39,364 bases of DNA from Candidatus Giovannonibacteria bacterium RIFCSPHIGHO2_02_FULL_44_11 (GCA_001778595.1 MFHL01000004.1:9235-48598), one strand, 5' to 3'; positions 9,082 through 19,320 are shown, counted from the stretch's first letter. A program made the numbers and translations. The notes: generated from the sequence alone by a model not told the origin.

Positions 9082-9549
9082 CTATTGTGGACGGTTTAGT
9101 ATCATCTCCAGACAATCATGCCCTTCATAGTTTACCCGCACGGGCGGCGAATAACCCGCTTTAGCGAAGATCTTTAGCGAAGCAATATTATCGTGCTTGA
9201 TATGGGCAAAAATTGTTTGCACTCGGGGATAGTTTTGAAAAAATAGTATTGCTGTCTCTTGAAGTCCGCGGGTGGCATAACCATTACCACTATTGCGGCT
9301 GGAAACCGAAATACCCACTTCAGCGGATTTACACGACACATCATAGCGTACCTGACCAACCGGACACCCTTCATCAGAACGCAGAATAAAAAAAGAACAA
9401 TTAACATTAACTAAAGATGCCCTCAACCATTTAACGTGGTCTTCCCATTTCACGGGTTTCGCGTTCCATGAAGCGGATCGTACATCCGGCTCATTACGTA
9501 ACTCAAAAAGAAATAATTCATCAGAAAACATTACTTTGTCTATCCTCAC
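9082..9549 (-). CDS. GNAT N-acetyltransferase, PseH-like
   Basis: LRNEPDVR, WEDHVKW, VGQVRYD, GNGYA, NIASLKIFAKAGY. GTG start with GGAGGT upstream; directly after pseI. Confidence 0.8.
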   Translation of the reverse strand: MRIDKVMFSDELFLFELRNEPDVRSASWNAKPVKWEDHVKWLRASLVNVNCSFFILRSDEGCPVGQVRYDVSCKSAEVGISVSSRNSGNGYATRGLQETAILFFQNYPRVQTIFAHIKHDNIASLKIFAKAGYSPPVRVNYEGHDCLEMILNRPQ

Positions 9550-10684
9550 CTGATACCTCCATTTCTGAAGAAATCATGCCATAGATATGCTCTTTTTTCA
9601 ATGGCGTGCAGAATTCAATGTCTTGGGCCGCTGTCTTGTTCATCACTTGATCAAAATATTTGGTATGCAAGCCAAAACCCGGGCGTACGGAGCGGATATT
9701 TTCCGCGGTAAATTTCTCGCCTTTTTTGATGTCTTTGGCCGCAAAAAGTGAGCGCCTCCAGCGGAGATTATATTTTTCCAAGTCGTTGCGGGGACCGTAG
9801 TGCGGTTCGCCCAGTACTTTTTTGTAGCGCTCTTCGTCAAAAACGTATTGTTTTTTCCCATGGAGTATTAGAACGAGTTCTTTCAATTCATCGGGCTCAA
9901 GCGAAAAATCGGCATCCGGACCGCCCAGTTTTCTGTCCAAAATAATATGCTTTTCCACTATCGCCGCGCCGGCGCGCATGGCCATGGCAGGCACATCGAT
10001 TCCTCCGGAGTTGTCGGAAAACCCCGCAACCACTCCCCATTTCTGCGCGATGTCTTGAATAGTCGCCAGATTTGCGTGGTCCTCGTCCGCTTCGCTTTTG
10101 TAATCTGTAATACACTGCAAAATCGCGATATCTTTGGCACCGTTCTCACGGAGAGTTTTCAACGCAAGCTCAACGTCTTCAACACTCGCGTATCCTATGG
10201 ACATAATGACCGGTTTTCCGGTTTGCGCCACGCGCTTAAGCAAAATACAATCGTTAACTTCATAAGAAGCTATCTTATAAAATTGCACATTCATTTTTTC
10301 AAGGAAACCAACGGCAGTTGTGTCAAAAGGAGAAGAAAACAGCAAAATCCCAAGCTCGTCCGCCAATTTTTTCAGCTTCGGCTGCCAATCCCACGGAGTG
10401 AAAGCAGTCTGATAAAGCTGATAAAGCGTCTTGCCTTTCCATAACTCCGGATTGTCCGCTTCTACACCTACCCTAAACCACTCTTTATCGGAATTGAGCG
10501 TTATGGTATCCGCCGTGTAAGTCTGCAATTTTACCGCGTCCGCGCCGGCTTCTTTGGCAGCTCTTACCAAGGCTTCCGCCTCCTTATATTTTTGGTGATG
10601 GTTGCCTGAAATTTCTGCAACAACAAAAACAGGGTTTTCTCCGCCGATTTTGTGTCCATTGATGCTGAATTCCGGCAATATCAT
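9521..10684 (-). CDS. pseI: Pseudaminic acid synthase (NeuB family with SAF domain)
   Basis: AEISGNHH, AVKLQTYTADTITL, TPWDWQ, FSSPFD, KIASYE, EKH, GPDADFSLEP, RRSLFA, RSVRPGFGLH. Confidence 0.88.
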   Translation of the reverse strand: MILPEFSINGHKIGGENPVFVVAEISGNHHQKYKEAEALVRAAKEAGADAVKLQTYTADTITLNSDKEWFRVGVEADNPELWKGKTLYQLYQTAFTPWDWQPKLKKLADELGILLFSSPFDTTAVGFLEKMNVQFYKIASYEVNDCILLKRVAQTGKPVIMSIGYASVEDVELALKTLRENGAKDIAILQCITDYKSEADEDHANLATIQDIAQKWGVVAGFSDNSGGIDVPAMAMRAGAAIVEKHIILDRKLGGPDADFSLEPDELKELVLILHGKKQYVFDEERYKKVLGEPHYGPRNDLEKYNLRWRRSLFAAKDIKKGEKFTAENIRSVRPGFGLHTKYFDQVMNKTAAQDIEFCTPLKKEHIYGMISSEMEVSGEDRQSNVF

Positions 10685-10729
10685 GCTTAATATATAACTA
10701 AAAAAAACTTATAGAGTTTCTATCAATTT

Positions 10730-11344
10730 TCAAGAAAACTTATATTTTCCTTCGCGGACCTGTAAAGCCCCTGCATCTTCTTTTTTTATTAATTCTTTCA
10801 TTTCAGCACTTTCATACGCTTTTTCTACAATTGCTTTCCACTCCTCCGGTTTCTTTTCAATCAATATTTCTTCAGCAGAAGCAAAATTTATCTTTCCGGC
10901 GGCATCTTTCACTAGAGGCGCGTATTCCACCATCGCCCGAATTCTCGGCAAATGATAACGGTTGGAGATAATAGTTATCTCACTAGCAGAAACTTCTTTC
11001 GCAATTTTCATCAATTCCTGCAACTGTTGGTAAGTGGTACCTGAATTTTTCTCTTCAATAATTTTTTCATCCGGAACGCCAAGTTCCGTCAGTTCTTTTT
11101 TTAAAATTTCCGCCAATGTTGGCGCATCGGGAATATCCTTCATCTGTCCCTTGCCGCCAAGAGCTAAAATTAGCGAATCAAAATTTTCCTTGTATAGAAA
11201 ACATGCGGCCAGAACACGCAAAACACTGCCCGGGGCGCCGTAGATCTCGTCGTCAAAACCAACAGATCGCCAAACACAGTCAGTGCCTTTGTTTACTCCT
11301 CCTCCTAATATCGCGATTATTGTTTTCAATTTTTGGTTCTCCAT
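10730..11344 (-). CDS. YdcF/DUF218 family protein
   Basis: AILGGG, LGGKG, ELGVP..IIEEKNSGTT, ISNRYHLPR. Confidence 0.75.
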   Translation of the reverse strand: MENQKLKTIIAILGGGVNKGTDCVWRSVGFDDEIYGAPGSVLRVLAACFLYKENFDSLILALGGKGQMKDIPDAPTLAEILKKELTELGVPDEKIIEEKNSGTTYQQLQELMKIAKEVSASEITIISNRYHLPRIRAMVEYAPLVKDAAGKINFASAEEILIEKKPEEWKAIVEKAYESAEMKELIKKEDAGALQVREGKYKFS

Positions 11345-11403
11345 CTAAATATAAGTAAACATAAAATAGAAAAATCGTCAAGCGAAGATAAAAACCTTTA
11401 TAA

Positions 11404-12306
11404 CTAAATTTTTTCTTTTTTAGCCAAAACCAAAAACTCTCTGCCGATATTGTTTTTGGCCAAAAATTTATAAAAATCCTCCAATATTGCTTTTCCGTAT
11501 TTGAGCATATTAATCTCGAACTCCATTCTTTTGGCATGGCATTTCTTACCGATATCATCATGGCCGACATAATTTGCTCCGGCCAGCAAAAAAAACTCCA
11601 TCGGAAAGGTTCCGAGATTTTCCAAAACCATAAACCCGTTATTTTTCAAAAGACCTCTAATTGAATGGAAGTCGAAATAATTTATATGTTGCGGAGGCGC
11701 AACCCACCAAGCCGGGTATCCTAGCCTTTCCTTCAGTATTATTTGTAGCGGGTTATATTCGTTGGGTGAGACAACACATATAATCCCGCTGGGTTTTAAA
11801 ACCTTATTCGCGTTTTCAATTAACGCGCGCGGATCTAACACGTGTTCAAGCACGGTATTCATATAAACCACGTCAAATTGACCGATTTGACCCGCAATAT
11901 CAGCTGAAAAAAAAGAGTTTATAGCTTTTACTCCCAGCTTGCCGGAATACTCATACGCTTGCGGAGAAGGCTCAATGCCCAGCGTATCCCATCCGGATTC
12001 CTGTCCGCATTTCAAAAAGTAACCCGGTCCTGACCCAATCTCTAACAACTTTCTGCCTTTTGTAAATTTTTCGAACAAATGATAATAACTGCGATAAGTT
12101 TCCATCCACCATTCCCGATCCGCTTCAACCGATGCGAAATATTTCGGCTTCGCAGTCGAATAAAATTCTTCTTTATATAAAACGTCTAATTCTTCCAGAG
12201 TAGGAAAAGGGACGACGTGTTTAAATTTGCACGCATTACATTCGATAACGTTAAAATGACCTGCAGAATCGATGACTGGCCCTTCGTGTTTGATAGACTT
12301 TTTCAT
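11404..12306 (-). CDS. Class I SAM-dependent methyltransferase
   Basis: N-terminal CNAC, LLEIGSGPG, GIEPS, VLEHV, PPQHINYF. Confidence 0.9.
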   Translation of the reverse strand: MKKSIKHEGPVIDSAGHFNVIECNACKFKHVVPFPTLEELDVLYKEEFYSTAKPKYFASVEADREWWMETYRSYYHLFEKFTKGRKLLEIGSGPGYFLKCGQESGWDTLGIEPSPQAYEYSGKLGVKAINSFFSADIAGQIGQFDVVYMNTVLEHVLDPRALIENANKVLKPSGIICVVSPNEYNPLQIILKERLGYPAWWVAPPQHINYFDFHSIRGLLKNNGFMVLENLGTFPMEFFLLAGANYVGHDDIGKKCHAKRMEFEINMLKYGKAILEDFYKFLAKNNIGREFLVLAKKEKI

Positions 12307-12308
12307 AA

Positions 12309-14339
12309 TTATAGATATGCCTTATTATTATCGTCAGTTATTTTTTTTGCGGAAATAGTCATAGAAAAGTGCGCTTTATATATTTCTTTGCCGGTGACTT
12401 GCGCAAATGTAGTATCATCAATCTCGCCTAACGAATAAAAAGACCGCAGAAAAAATGTCCCCGGCAACCGCCGAAAATGAATCATGGGCAAGGAAGCGCA
12501 TTGGCTCATATCCGTCTCTATAAGAATTTTCTTTTTCGCATCTCCCAACTCCAAAAGCCCTGCCGTATTTCCGAGCGCACTTGGAGCACTTACCATAAGA
12601 GAAACCGGGTCTTTATCGATAGAATTTACATTTCGCAAGGAAAACCTTTCAATATTTTTCCCTCCGTTGTGACAGGCAAAATACAAGCTATCGCCGTCAA
12701 AAGCTTCCGGTTTAAGCGTTATAAAGCCGGTACGCCAAGAAACTGGGTCAGGAATCATTAAATGAAAAAGATAATCTAGCTCCACTTCGTTTTTATGCGA
12801 AAAAATAGTTATCGTTTTTTCAATAAAACCGCGGCTGACCTGATGACGCGCCGAAACCAAAAACGGCATCTTACAGGAAATAACAAGATTATTTTGCTTA
12901 TAAAAAATTTTGGGACGCACATCAATAAGATCCGTCATTTGAGATTTTCCCGGAATTCCGATGACGGTGTGACAGCTGAAAAAATCAGCACCCAACCGTA
13001 TGTCGTCGAAATAACCATGCGGAAGCTCGCCCAAAAGCGGTTCGACCGAAACCTTCTTAAAAACCATAGAATCAATAACAAGTCCCTTTGATAGATTAAA
13101 AACAATTTTTATCCCTGAAGATTCGACGCTCAAGCGGCCTCCCGACCGCTTAAAAATGAATTTTTCTTTTTTTACGGGTTTTAAAAGAGGCAGAGCGGGA
13201 GAATTTTCAGTTTTCTTCAGCATTCTAGATAATCTGCTACGGAACTCTTCAAGGCGTTTTTTTTCAATATGGGTACGAAAATCGCTTGCCCACAAAAAAC
13301 ATAATTCTTTCCACAAAGGATCCGTCTCATTTTTTAAACGGTTTTTAGCAAGTTCTCTCAAATTATTATAGACCTGATAACATTTTGTATTTATGTCAAT
13401 ACTGTTACCGGAAAGACCCCAGCGGGTAATATTGTATTTTTCCTGTTTCTTTACCGGAATTGGGTCTTCAGGAGACTCCAGCCTGATTTCCTTAAAACTA
13501 TGTTTCCTGTCTTTCTCTAAATCCAAAACCTCCGAAGGAAGAATTATCCTGATATTTTCTTCCCGGGAAAGCGCTTCGAAAAGCTTGCTGATTTTACCCC
13601 ATTCGCCTTTAACCGCCCTGCCCTCGATCTTTGATGCGTAACGCCTCGTTCGAAAATCAAAAATTTCGGTATCGCTACCGTAAAGCATATAAAAACGCTC
13701 GCCTTTCTGCGGTTTTTGCGAGCGTATATAAGCAAGATACTCGTCCAATTCGAGCACGCCGTTGACGTACCTCTGAAATTTCTGAAATGCGATGCAGTTG
13801 CTCCAAATCACCGGAATTTTTTTTGCCGTATTTCCCAAGGCGATTTGCGGATGATATCTCCATTCCTTTTTCCATTCAGGATGGAACTGCGCAGGATTGT
13901 TCCAATCCATTATTATAGCCTTATATCCGCTCTCAATAAAATATTCTATTAATCCGGAAGAATAAGCATTCTCGGTCACCGCCGCAATCCTGGGCCTTTC
14001 GCGCAGAACATCTTTGTAAGTTTGCAGCCCGAGGATATGGTTATATTTATTAACCTCTGCGGGAACCAAAGGACCAATAATATGAGAATAACCGTCGCCT
14101 ATCAATTCACATTTTCTTTCTTTCAAAAGTTCCTTAAATTTTTCAATCCATGCAGAGTCCAGATCTTTAATAATCTCGAGCGTGGTCCCGGAAGGTTGAA
14201 CCCCGATTCGAAATCCTTTTTCTATAAGACCTAATAACGGCCAATAACATTTTTTGATTACTGTTATTCTGTCTTCGACACCAATCGAAGAAAACATTAA
14301 ATTTAGATAGAAAATGCCGTATAAATTCAAATTATCCAT
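12309..14339 (-). CDS. Glycoside hydrolase family 57-like protein
   Basis: LNLMFSSI, CYWPLL, SGTTLE, GYSHIIGPLVP, YGSDTEIFDFR, LWASDFRTH resemble the GH57 conserved regions. Confidence 0.7.
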   Translation of the reverse strand: MDNLNLYGIFYLNLMFSSIGVEDRITVIKKCYWPLLGLIEKGFRIGVQPSGTTLEIIKDLDSAWIEKFKELLKERKCELIGDGYSHIIGPLVPAEVNKYNHILGLQTYKDVLRERPRIAAVTENAYSSGLIEYFIESGYKAIIMDWNNPAQFHPEWKKEWRYHPQIALGNTAKKIPVIWSNCIAFQKFQRYVNGVLELDEYLAYIRSQKPQKGERFYMLYGSDTEIFDFRTRRYASKIEGRAVKGEWGKISKLFEALSREENIRIILPSEVLDLEKDRKHSFKEIRLESPEDPIPVKKQEKYNITRWGLSGNSIDINTKCYQVYNNLRELAKNRLKNETDPLWKELCFLWASDFRTHIEKKRLEEFRSRLSRMLKKTENSPALPLLKPVKKEKFIFKRSGGRLSVESSGIKIVFNLSKGLVIDSMVFKKVSVEPLLGELPHGYFDDIRLGADFFSCHTVIGIPGKSQMTDLIDVRPKIFYKQNNLVISCKMPFLVSARHQVSRGFIEKTITIFSHKNEVELDYLFHLMIPDPVSWRTGFITLKPEAFDGDSLYFACHNGGKNIERFSLRNVNSIDKDPVSLMVSAPSALGNTAGLLELGDAKKKILIETDMSQCASLPMIHFRRLPGTFFLRSFYSLGEIDDTTFAQVTGKEIYKAHFSMTISAKKITDDNNKAYL

Positions 14340-14343
14340 TTTT

Positions 14344-15558
14344 TTATTTGTTTATGTGCTCAACTTCTATATGTACTGTTTTTAGAGCATTTTCTGCAAG
14401 TTTGATGGCGGTTTCACGGTCATTAGCAATTGCCGCCAAATAAAGCGGTCTATTAATATAACTGGAAGGGGCCAAGATATCTCCGAGATTTACGTTCCTT
14501 AAAAAAATAACCAATTTTACCCCGGGCTGGTCTTTAAGACTTTTCAGTCCGGTTAATTTGGATACTTTTCCCGGCTTATGAAAATAATAGCGATGGGCCA
14601 TGGCCTTAGTGAATTTAGGTTCGAGTAGCGACCGCGGGACTTCCATGCCCACGGCCCAGCGTACAAGGGTTTCCATGGGATCAACACCTGTTAAAAAGGG
14701 CAGTATCATAGGAAAAAGAGGACTAAAACGAGAAGTAACTTCAAGGACTTTTACGCCTTCAACAGTTACAATCAGGTCGCCCTTAGTAGGTCCCGCTTTG
14801 ATACCCAACGCCATAACGGCTTGCGAATAAACTTTATGGGCTTCTTTTACAATCTTCGGCGGTAAACGTGTAGGAAATGTACATCCGTCTTCCATGAAAT
14901 AAGGATAAAAGCCTGGTATATAATTCCTGTCAAAAAAACCATGAATCAGTACTTCTCCGTCCAAAACAAACCCTTCAATTGATATTTCGTCACCTTGAAG
15001 CAACTCTTCAACAATAACAATTCCATCGCTCGAATATGTTTTGGCTTCGTCATAAGCCAACAACCATTCTTTCTCCGAGTCAACAATACGTACGCCGCGC
15101 GACCCGGAATTATCCGATGGCTTTACAACAAATGGAAAGTTTATATTCGGCAATACTGGAGAATCAATTATTTCAAATCTCGGAATCGGAATACCTGCGT
15201 CCTGCAAAAGAGTTGAACGAGCACATTTATTTGTTGTATTAAAAGCGGTTTCTTCTGAAGACCATATCAAGTTAAATTCTTTTGCTATTGCGCTTGCCAA
15301 TGGAGAAACCTCGATGCCTGAAGCTATAACACCGGAATACTTGAGCCCGGCATCTTTAAGCTTGGTCAAGCATTCTTTTATATTATTGTTGTTCACACTA
15401 ACTAAAATATATTTATCCGCGATCTTAATAGCGTCCGCTTTAGGATTATAGTCTAATGCTACGGTTTTTAAACCTAATTTTGCAGCCTTTTCATAGACCG
15501 CAACTTGCTGTGGCCCAGCACCTAATATAATCAAGTATGAATTTTTATCTAGCACCAT
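14344..15558 (-). CDS. ATP-grasp domain protein
   Basis: ILGAGPQQ, FPFVVKPSDNSGSRGV, VEELLQGDEISIE, LEVTSR. Confidence 0.9.
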   Translation of the reverse strand: MVLDKNSYLIILGAGPQQVAVYEKAAKLGLKTVALDYNPKADAIKIADKYILVSVNNNNIKECLTKLKDAGLKYSGVIASGIEVSPLASAIAKEFNLIWSSEETAFNTTNKCARSTLLQDAGIPIPRFEIIDSPVLPNINFPFVVKPSDNSGSRGVRIVDSEKEWLLAYDEAKTYSSDGIVIVEELLQGDEISIEGFVLDGEVLIHGFFDRNYIPGFYPYFMEDGCTFPTRLPPKIVKEAHKVYSQAVMALGIKAGPTKGDLIVTVEGVKVLEVTSRFSPLFPMILPFLTGVDPMETLVRWAVGMEVPRSLLEPKFTKAMAHRYYFHKPGKVSKLTGLKSLKDQPGVKLVIFLRNVNLGDILAPSSYINRPLYLAAIANDRETAIKLAENALKTVHIEVEHINK

Positions 15559-15559
15559 A

Positions 15560-16789
15560 TTACGGAAGTGTTATTTTTATTATTGATGAATCTTTCCGGA
15601 GACTTTTGTCCGCAGCTTCAAGAATTGCAGTAACCTTCAATGACTCTGCAATCGTAGGGAATTTATTCTCAAAGTTTTCCGGAGCTATTCCAGCTTCTAC
15701 CTTAAGTGCAGATTTTATAAATGTCTTAAAGCTTTTGTAACCATACTGGCTATCCAAATCTAATTCGCCATTAATTCCTTTATGAAAGTTAAAGAAATAA
15801 GGATTTATGATTTTCTGACCTTCATTGGCAGCAACAATTTCAAGCCCCCTATATCGTTGTTCTGAATCCACGATGGCTTTCGTTCCGAGAAAATGGATGT
15901 CTTGGTATGTCATCGCCGATGTTTCGGAAGGATCTGACCATCCGGCAACATGGTAAGATGAAAATCGAGTGCGGTTCTTTGCACGCCAAACTATGTGTGT
16001 CTCAATAAGGTCAGGCGTATCAATTCCGTACTTTGATTTGGCTACACCAAATTGACATGTGGCTCGGACGGTCTCCGGAGTAGCTCCTGTTATAAAACCG
16101 ACGAGATGAATATAATGGGAACCAAGAAAATGATTTACATTTGTTCCGCTGTTTTTTAATCTATTTCTAAAAATCTTCAACAAGTCCCTGCGGTCAGTCT
16201 GGCGCGAATAAACATGCTGTAAATCGCCGTAATCGCCCCTCTCATACGACTGTTTTATTATCAGATTTGCGTCATCATACACCTTGTGATAATCAACCAT
16301 TCCGAGAACACCGGACTTATTTTGAATAGAAACTACTTCTTTCCAATCTTTAAGATTTATAACTGCAGGTTTCACAACTAGAAAATGAACACAATTATTG
16401 ATAGCATCCAACATTATCGATTTATGTAAATCGTCAGGAGTTGCAATTATTACAGCTGCTGGTTTAGGTAGTTCGCGCAACGCATCTTTATATGCATTAC
16501 CGTTCGTTTCAAATTCTTTAGGAAAAAGTGTAACTTGCCCCTCCCATCCAAACAACTTAGACATGCGCTCAATTTTTTTTCGCAGAGCAGGAAATTGATT
16601 GCCTTTTCTGTCTGCTAAAAATAGCTTATCTACTAAACCTTCTTTCCTTAATTCAAAAAGTGCGGGTAATACAACACCCCAGTCTTCCTCGACTTGCTTT
16701 CCGGACAAACCGGTGTTACCAGTTGCATACACACCGTTGCCAACGACTAACACATTCATCCTTTGTTTTTTTTGTTTGAGACCTAGCAT
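15560..16789 (-). CDS. Gfo/Idh/MocA family oxidoreductase
   Basis: VVGNGVY, IATPDDLH, LVVKP, VDYHKVYD, LGSHYIH. Confidence 0.85.
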   Translation of the reverse strand: MLGLKQKKQRMNVLVVGNGVYATGNTGLSGKQVEEDWGVVLPALFELRKEGLVDKLFLADRKGNQFPALRKKIERMSKLFGWEGQVTLFPKEFETNGNAYKDALRELPKPAAVIIATPDDLHKSIMLDAINNCVHFLVVKPAVINLKDWKEVVSIQNKSGVLGMVDYHKVYDDANLIIKQSYERGDYGDLQHVYSRQTDRRDLLKIFRNRLKNSGTNVNHFLGSHYIHLVGFITGATPETVRATCQFGVAKSKYGIDTPDLIETHIVWRAKNRTRFSSYHVAGWSDPSETSAMTYQDIHFLGTKAIVDSEQRYRGLEIVAANEGQKIINPYFFNFHKGINGELDLDSQYGYKSFKTFIKSALKVEAGIAPENFENKFPTIAESLKVTAILEAADKSLRKDSSIIKITLP

Positions 16790-16831
16790 TTGTTAATTAT
16801 ACAACAATTTAATTATGTTTAATCCATTTTG

Positions 16832-18034
16832 TTAATCAAAAAGCGCGCCCCATTCAAGCATATGAGCAAACTGCGTGTCCTCTACCTTCGTATAGCATAT
16901 AGAAATATCCGAACGACGAAATTGAAAAATTTTTTCCTTATTCAACTTCAATGGTTGTCTTGCTTTCAAATCTTCCCCGGCGCGTTTTCCGATAACACTT
17001 TCATATTCTATTGCCGAAATCCCGACATCCGGCCTCAGCAAAATAATCTCGCTTTTTTTTATCTTTTCACCTTTTTTAATCCATTTATTCAGATAAACTC
17101 CTCTTCGCGCCCATCTCCGCTCATCAGATTCTTTTTGAATATATTTTCCTACAATACCGGACTGGGTTTTTTTAGTGCCATGAAGCGCCGGACGCTTTAT
17201 GCCGTCACCATACGCTTTTTCAAAATCACCGGAAAATTCTTCTTTCAGCTCCTTCAAAATATTTTCATGCTCAGCCGGCAGGCGCTTTTCAATACTTCTA
17301 ATGCGTTTGACCATTTCCGCAAATTCTTTTACGTCAAGCGAAAAAACATCATCTATGCTGCCACGCTCTTTTTTGGATGTTACATGTTTCTCTATAATGG
17401 AAGCTCCCAGCGCTACTGCGAGAAGTGGCACGAGAAATCCTTTCGAGCCGTTATCAGAATATCCCACAGAAACATTGAACTCTTTTTTAAGAGCGAGCAT
17501 TGCTGAGACATTGGCATCCTCAAAACTGGTCGGATAAACGGACACGCACTGAAGAAGTGTAATTTCCTTAGCGTTATTAGCGCGGAGAATTTTCATGGCC
17601 AGCCGCACTTCTTCCATTGTAGCCATTCCTGTTGAAACTATGAGCGGTTTTCCGAAAACAGCCACGTGTTCCAATAATTGATAATTTGTGATTTCACCCG
17701 AAGCAATTTTTATCGCGGGGATGCCTACGTTATTAAGAAAACTCGCTCCGTCATTATCGAATGGCGTGCATAAAAGGTCTATTCCCCGCTCATCGCAGAG
17801 CGCCTTTAATTTCGGAAACCATTCTCGCGGAGTCTCAGACTTTTTAAAATATTTATAAGTTTCCTCAAAAGCTTTCGTCAAAGGCGCAAGCAGCTTGTCG
17901 GCCGTAAAAAGCTGAAACTTAATAGCGTCGGCGCCGGCTTCCGCTGCCTGTTCAACATATTTTTTGGCAATTTCCCAATCATTCTCATGGGTGCTGGCCA
18001 CTTCAAAAATGATGTATGTGTGTGTTTTTTTCAT
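16832..18034 (-). CDS. N-acetylneuraminate synthase family protein (NeuB/SpsE-like), second copy
   Basis: GADAIKFQ, LCTPFD, IKIASGEITN, STGMA, QCVSVYP, GYSDN, IEKH, C-terminal SAF domain. Confidence 0.9.
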   Translation of the reverse strand: MKKTHTYIIFEVASTHENDWEIAKKYVEQAAEAGADAIKFQLFTADKLLAPLTKAFEETYKYFKKSETPREWFPKLKALCDERGIDLLCTPFDNDGASFLNNVGIPAIKIASGEITNYQLLEHVAVFGKPLIVSTGMATMEEVRLAMKILRANNAKEITLLQCVSVYPTSFEDANVSAMLALKKEFNVSVGYSDNGSKGFLVPLLAVALGASIIEKHVTSKKERGSIDDVFSLDVKEFAEMVKRIRSIEKRLPAEHENILKELKEEFSGDFEKAYGDGIKRPALHGTKKTQSGIVGKYIQKESDERRWARRGVYLNKWIKKGEKIKKSEIILLRPDVGISAIEYESVIGKRAGEDLKARQPLKLNKEKIFQFRRSDISICYTKVEDTQFAHMLEWGALFD

Positions 18035-18801
18035 TCTGTTATACGGTCTTCTTTAAGAGATTTTTGGTAGCCTTCGTAACCGGTAAATCCTTTGTTAATT
18101 TCAAGCAATTCCGGCTTCTGATGTATCAAATCTAGAACGTCGTTCATTAAAAACAGTTTCTTGTGCGAATATAGTTCCGTATAAATCTCGCTTACAAGCT
18201 TAAAATCAACTTCTTCATCTACAGACCAGTGATAATTAGAAATATCGGTTTTGCCTTTATAAAGACTGCCTTCTCCCGGATTTTTTATCTTAAAAATTTC
18301 CGGGTGGTTGATTATGTACGGCGTAACATGCTCGCGCTCGGACGGCTTTTTGGCTTCTTTACATGCGCGTTCCAAAGCATTAAAAGAAAAAACTTCCGTA
18401 TCCAGACCTTCAGGATAATTATGAGGCTTGCCGGAATAATCAGCTTTATTTTTTAAAAAATAATCCACAACCTCATCAATCACTTGCGGGTCGCTCAACG
18501 GGCAATCGCCGGTAAGCCGTACAACGGTATCTGCGCCTGCTTCTTTGGCGGCCATGTAAAATCTGTCCAAAACGTCTTTTTCGTCTCCCCTGAAAAAGGC
18601 GACTCCGCTTTTCCGCGCAATATCAATAATAGGCTCATCTTCATTTTTGTTTGTCGTTGCGATCACTATTTTATCTACTAGTTTAGCATGCCGAACCCGC
18701 TCAATTTGATGAGCCAGCATCGGCTTACCCAAAATTAATTTCGCAACCTTCCCCGGAAGGCGCGTTGAACCCATTCTGGCCTGTATGATTGCCGTTGTCA
18801 T
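18031..18801 (-). CDS. spsF: SpsF-type acylneuraminate cytidylyltransferase
   Basis: IIQARMGSTRLPGKV, DVLDRF, VRLTGDCP, YPEGLDTEVF, REHVTPYI. Confidence 0.88.
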   Translation of the reverse strand: MTTAIIQARMGSTRLPGKVAKLILGKPMLAHQIERVRHAKLVDKIVIATTNKNEDEPIIDIARKSGVAFFRGDEKDVLDRFYMAAKEAGADTVVRLTGDCPLSDPQVIDEVVDYFLKNKADYSGKPHNYPEGLDTEVFSFNALERACKEAKKPSEREHVTPYIINHPEIFKIKNPGEGSLYKGKTDISNYHWSVDEEVDFKLVSEIYTELYSHKKLFLMNDVLDLIHQKPELLEINKGFTGYEGYQKSLKEDRITE

Positions 18802-18859
18802 AACACATATTATAACGCACTAAGCTATAATAAAGTTATTCGGCGCTTAACAGCCGCTT

Positions 18860-19129
18860 TTATTTATAAGCACCGCCTCGCCAATCAACAACATCAACAA
18901 AGACAGAAAATTTATCAAAATCAAATGATACGATTATGCGCATATCGCCTTTTCTGATTCTAAAAAAGCCGGCCCATTTACCTTTAAGCTTTTTTAAATC
19001 AATATTAATATCCTCGCCGTTAAATTTTAAAATTGCGTTTTTAACCAAAACAAATACTTTTTCGCGGGGCAAGTGATTTTTTATTAAAAATTTCTCCGTC
19101 CGAAAAGAAAAACCAACTTGCCAATTCAT
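18860..19129 (-). CDS. Type II toxin, RelE/ParE family
   Basis: 89 aa; KKLKGKWAGFFRIRKGDMRII and RGGAYK; 4-bp overlap with the upstream small gene. Confidence 0.8.
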   Translation of the reverse strand: MNWQVGFSFRTEKFLIKNHLPREKVFVLVKNAILKFNGEDINIDLKKLKGKWAGFFRIRKGDMRIIVSFDFDKFSVFVDVVDWRGGAYK

Positions 19130-19320
19130 ACCGCAAGCTTGAAGCTTCTTGTTGCTTTCTTTGACGGACGCCTATAAAGCCGTTCGATTTCTTTTTGTTC
19201 TTCTATTGAAATGTTTAAAGTTAGCAAAGCGCGCATTTTGGGAAACTGCGCTTTTAACGCGTCTTCAACGCCTTTTTTCACTATGAATTCAAGTTTTTTT
19301 TCTATAAGCTGCGTAGCCAT
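19126..19320 (-). CDS. Putative antitoxin
   Basis: 64-aa ORF translationally coupled (ATGA) to the RelE-like gene; ISIEEQKEIE. Call is positional. Confidence 0.65.
   Translation of the reverse strand: MATQLIEKKLEFIVKKGVEDALKAQFPKMRALLTLNISIEEQKEIERLYRRPSKKATRSFKLAV

Noticed and set aside
17274..17283. GCCGGCAGGC half-match to the CCTGCC family in the second NeuB
   Set aside because: Only 10 bp with no second arm; compatible with chance.
16829..17506. 225-aa plus-strand ORF and the many other short antisense ORFs
   Set aside because: Shadows of well-supported minus-strand genes, with no motifs and Phe/Ile-rich antisense composition.
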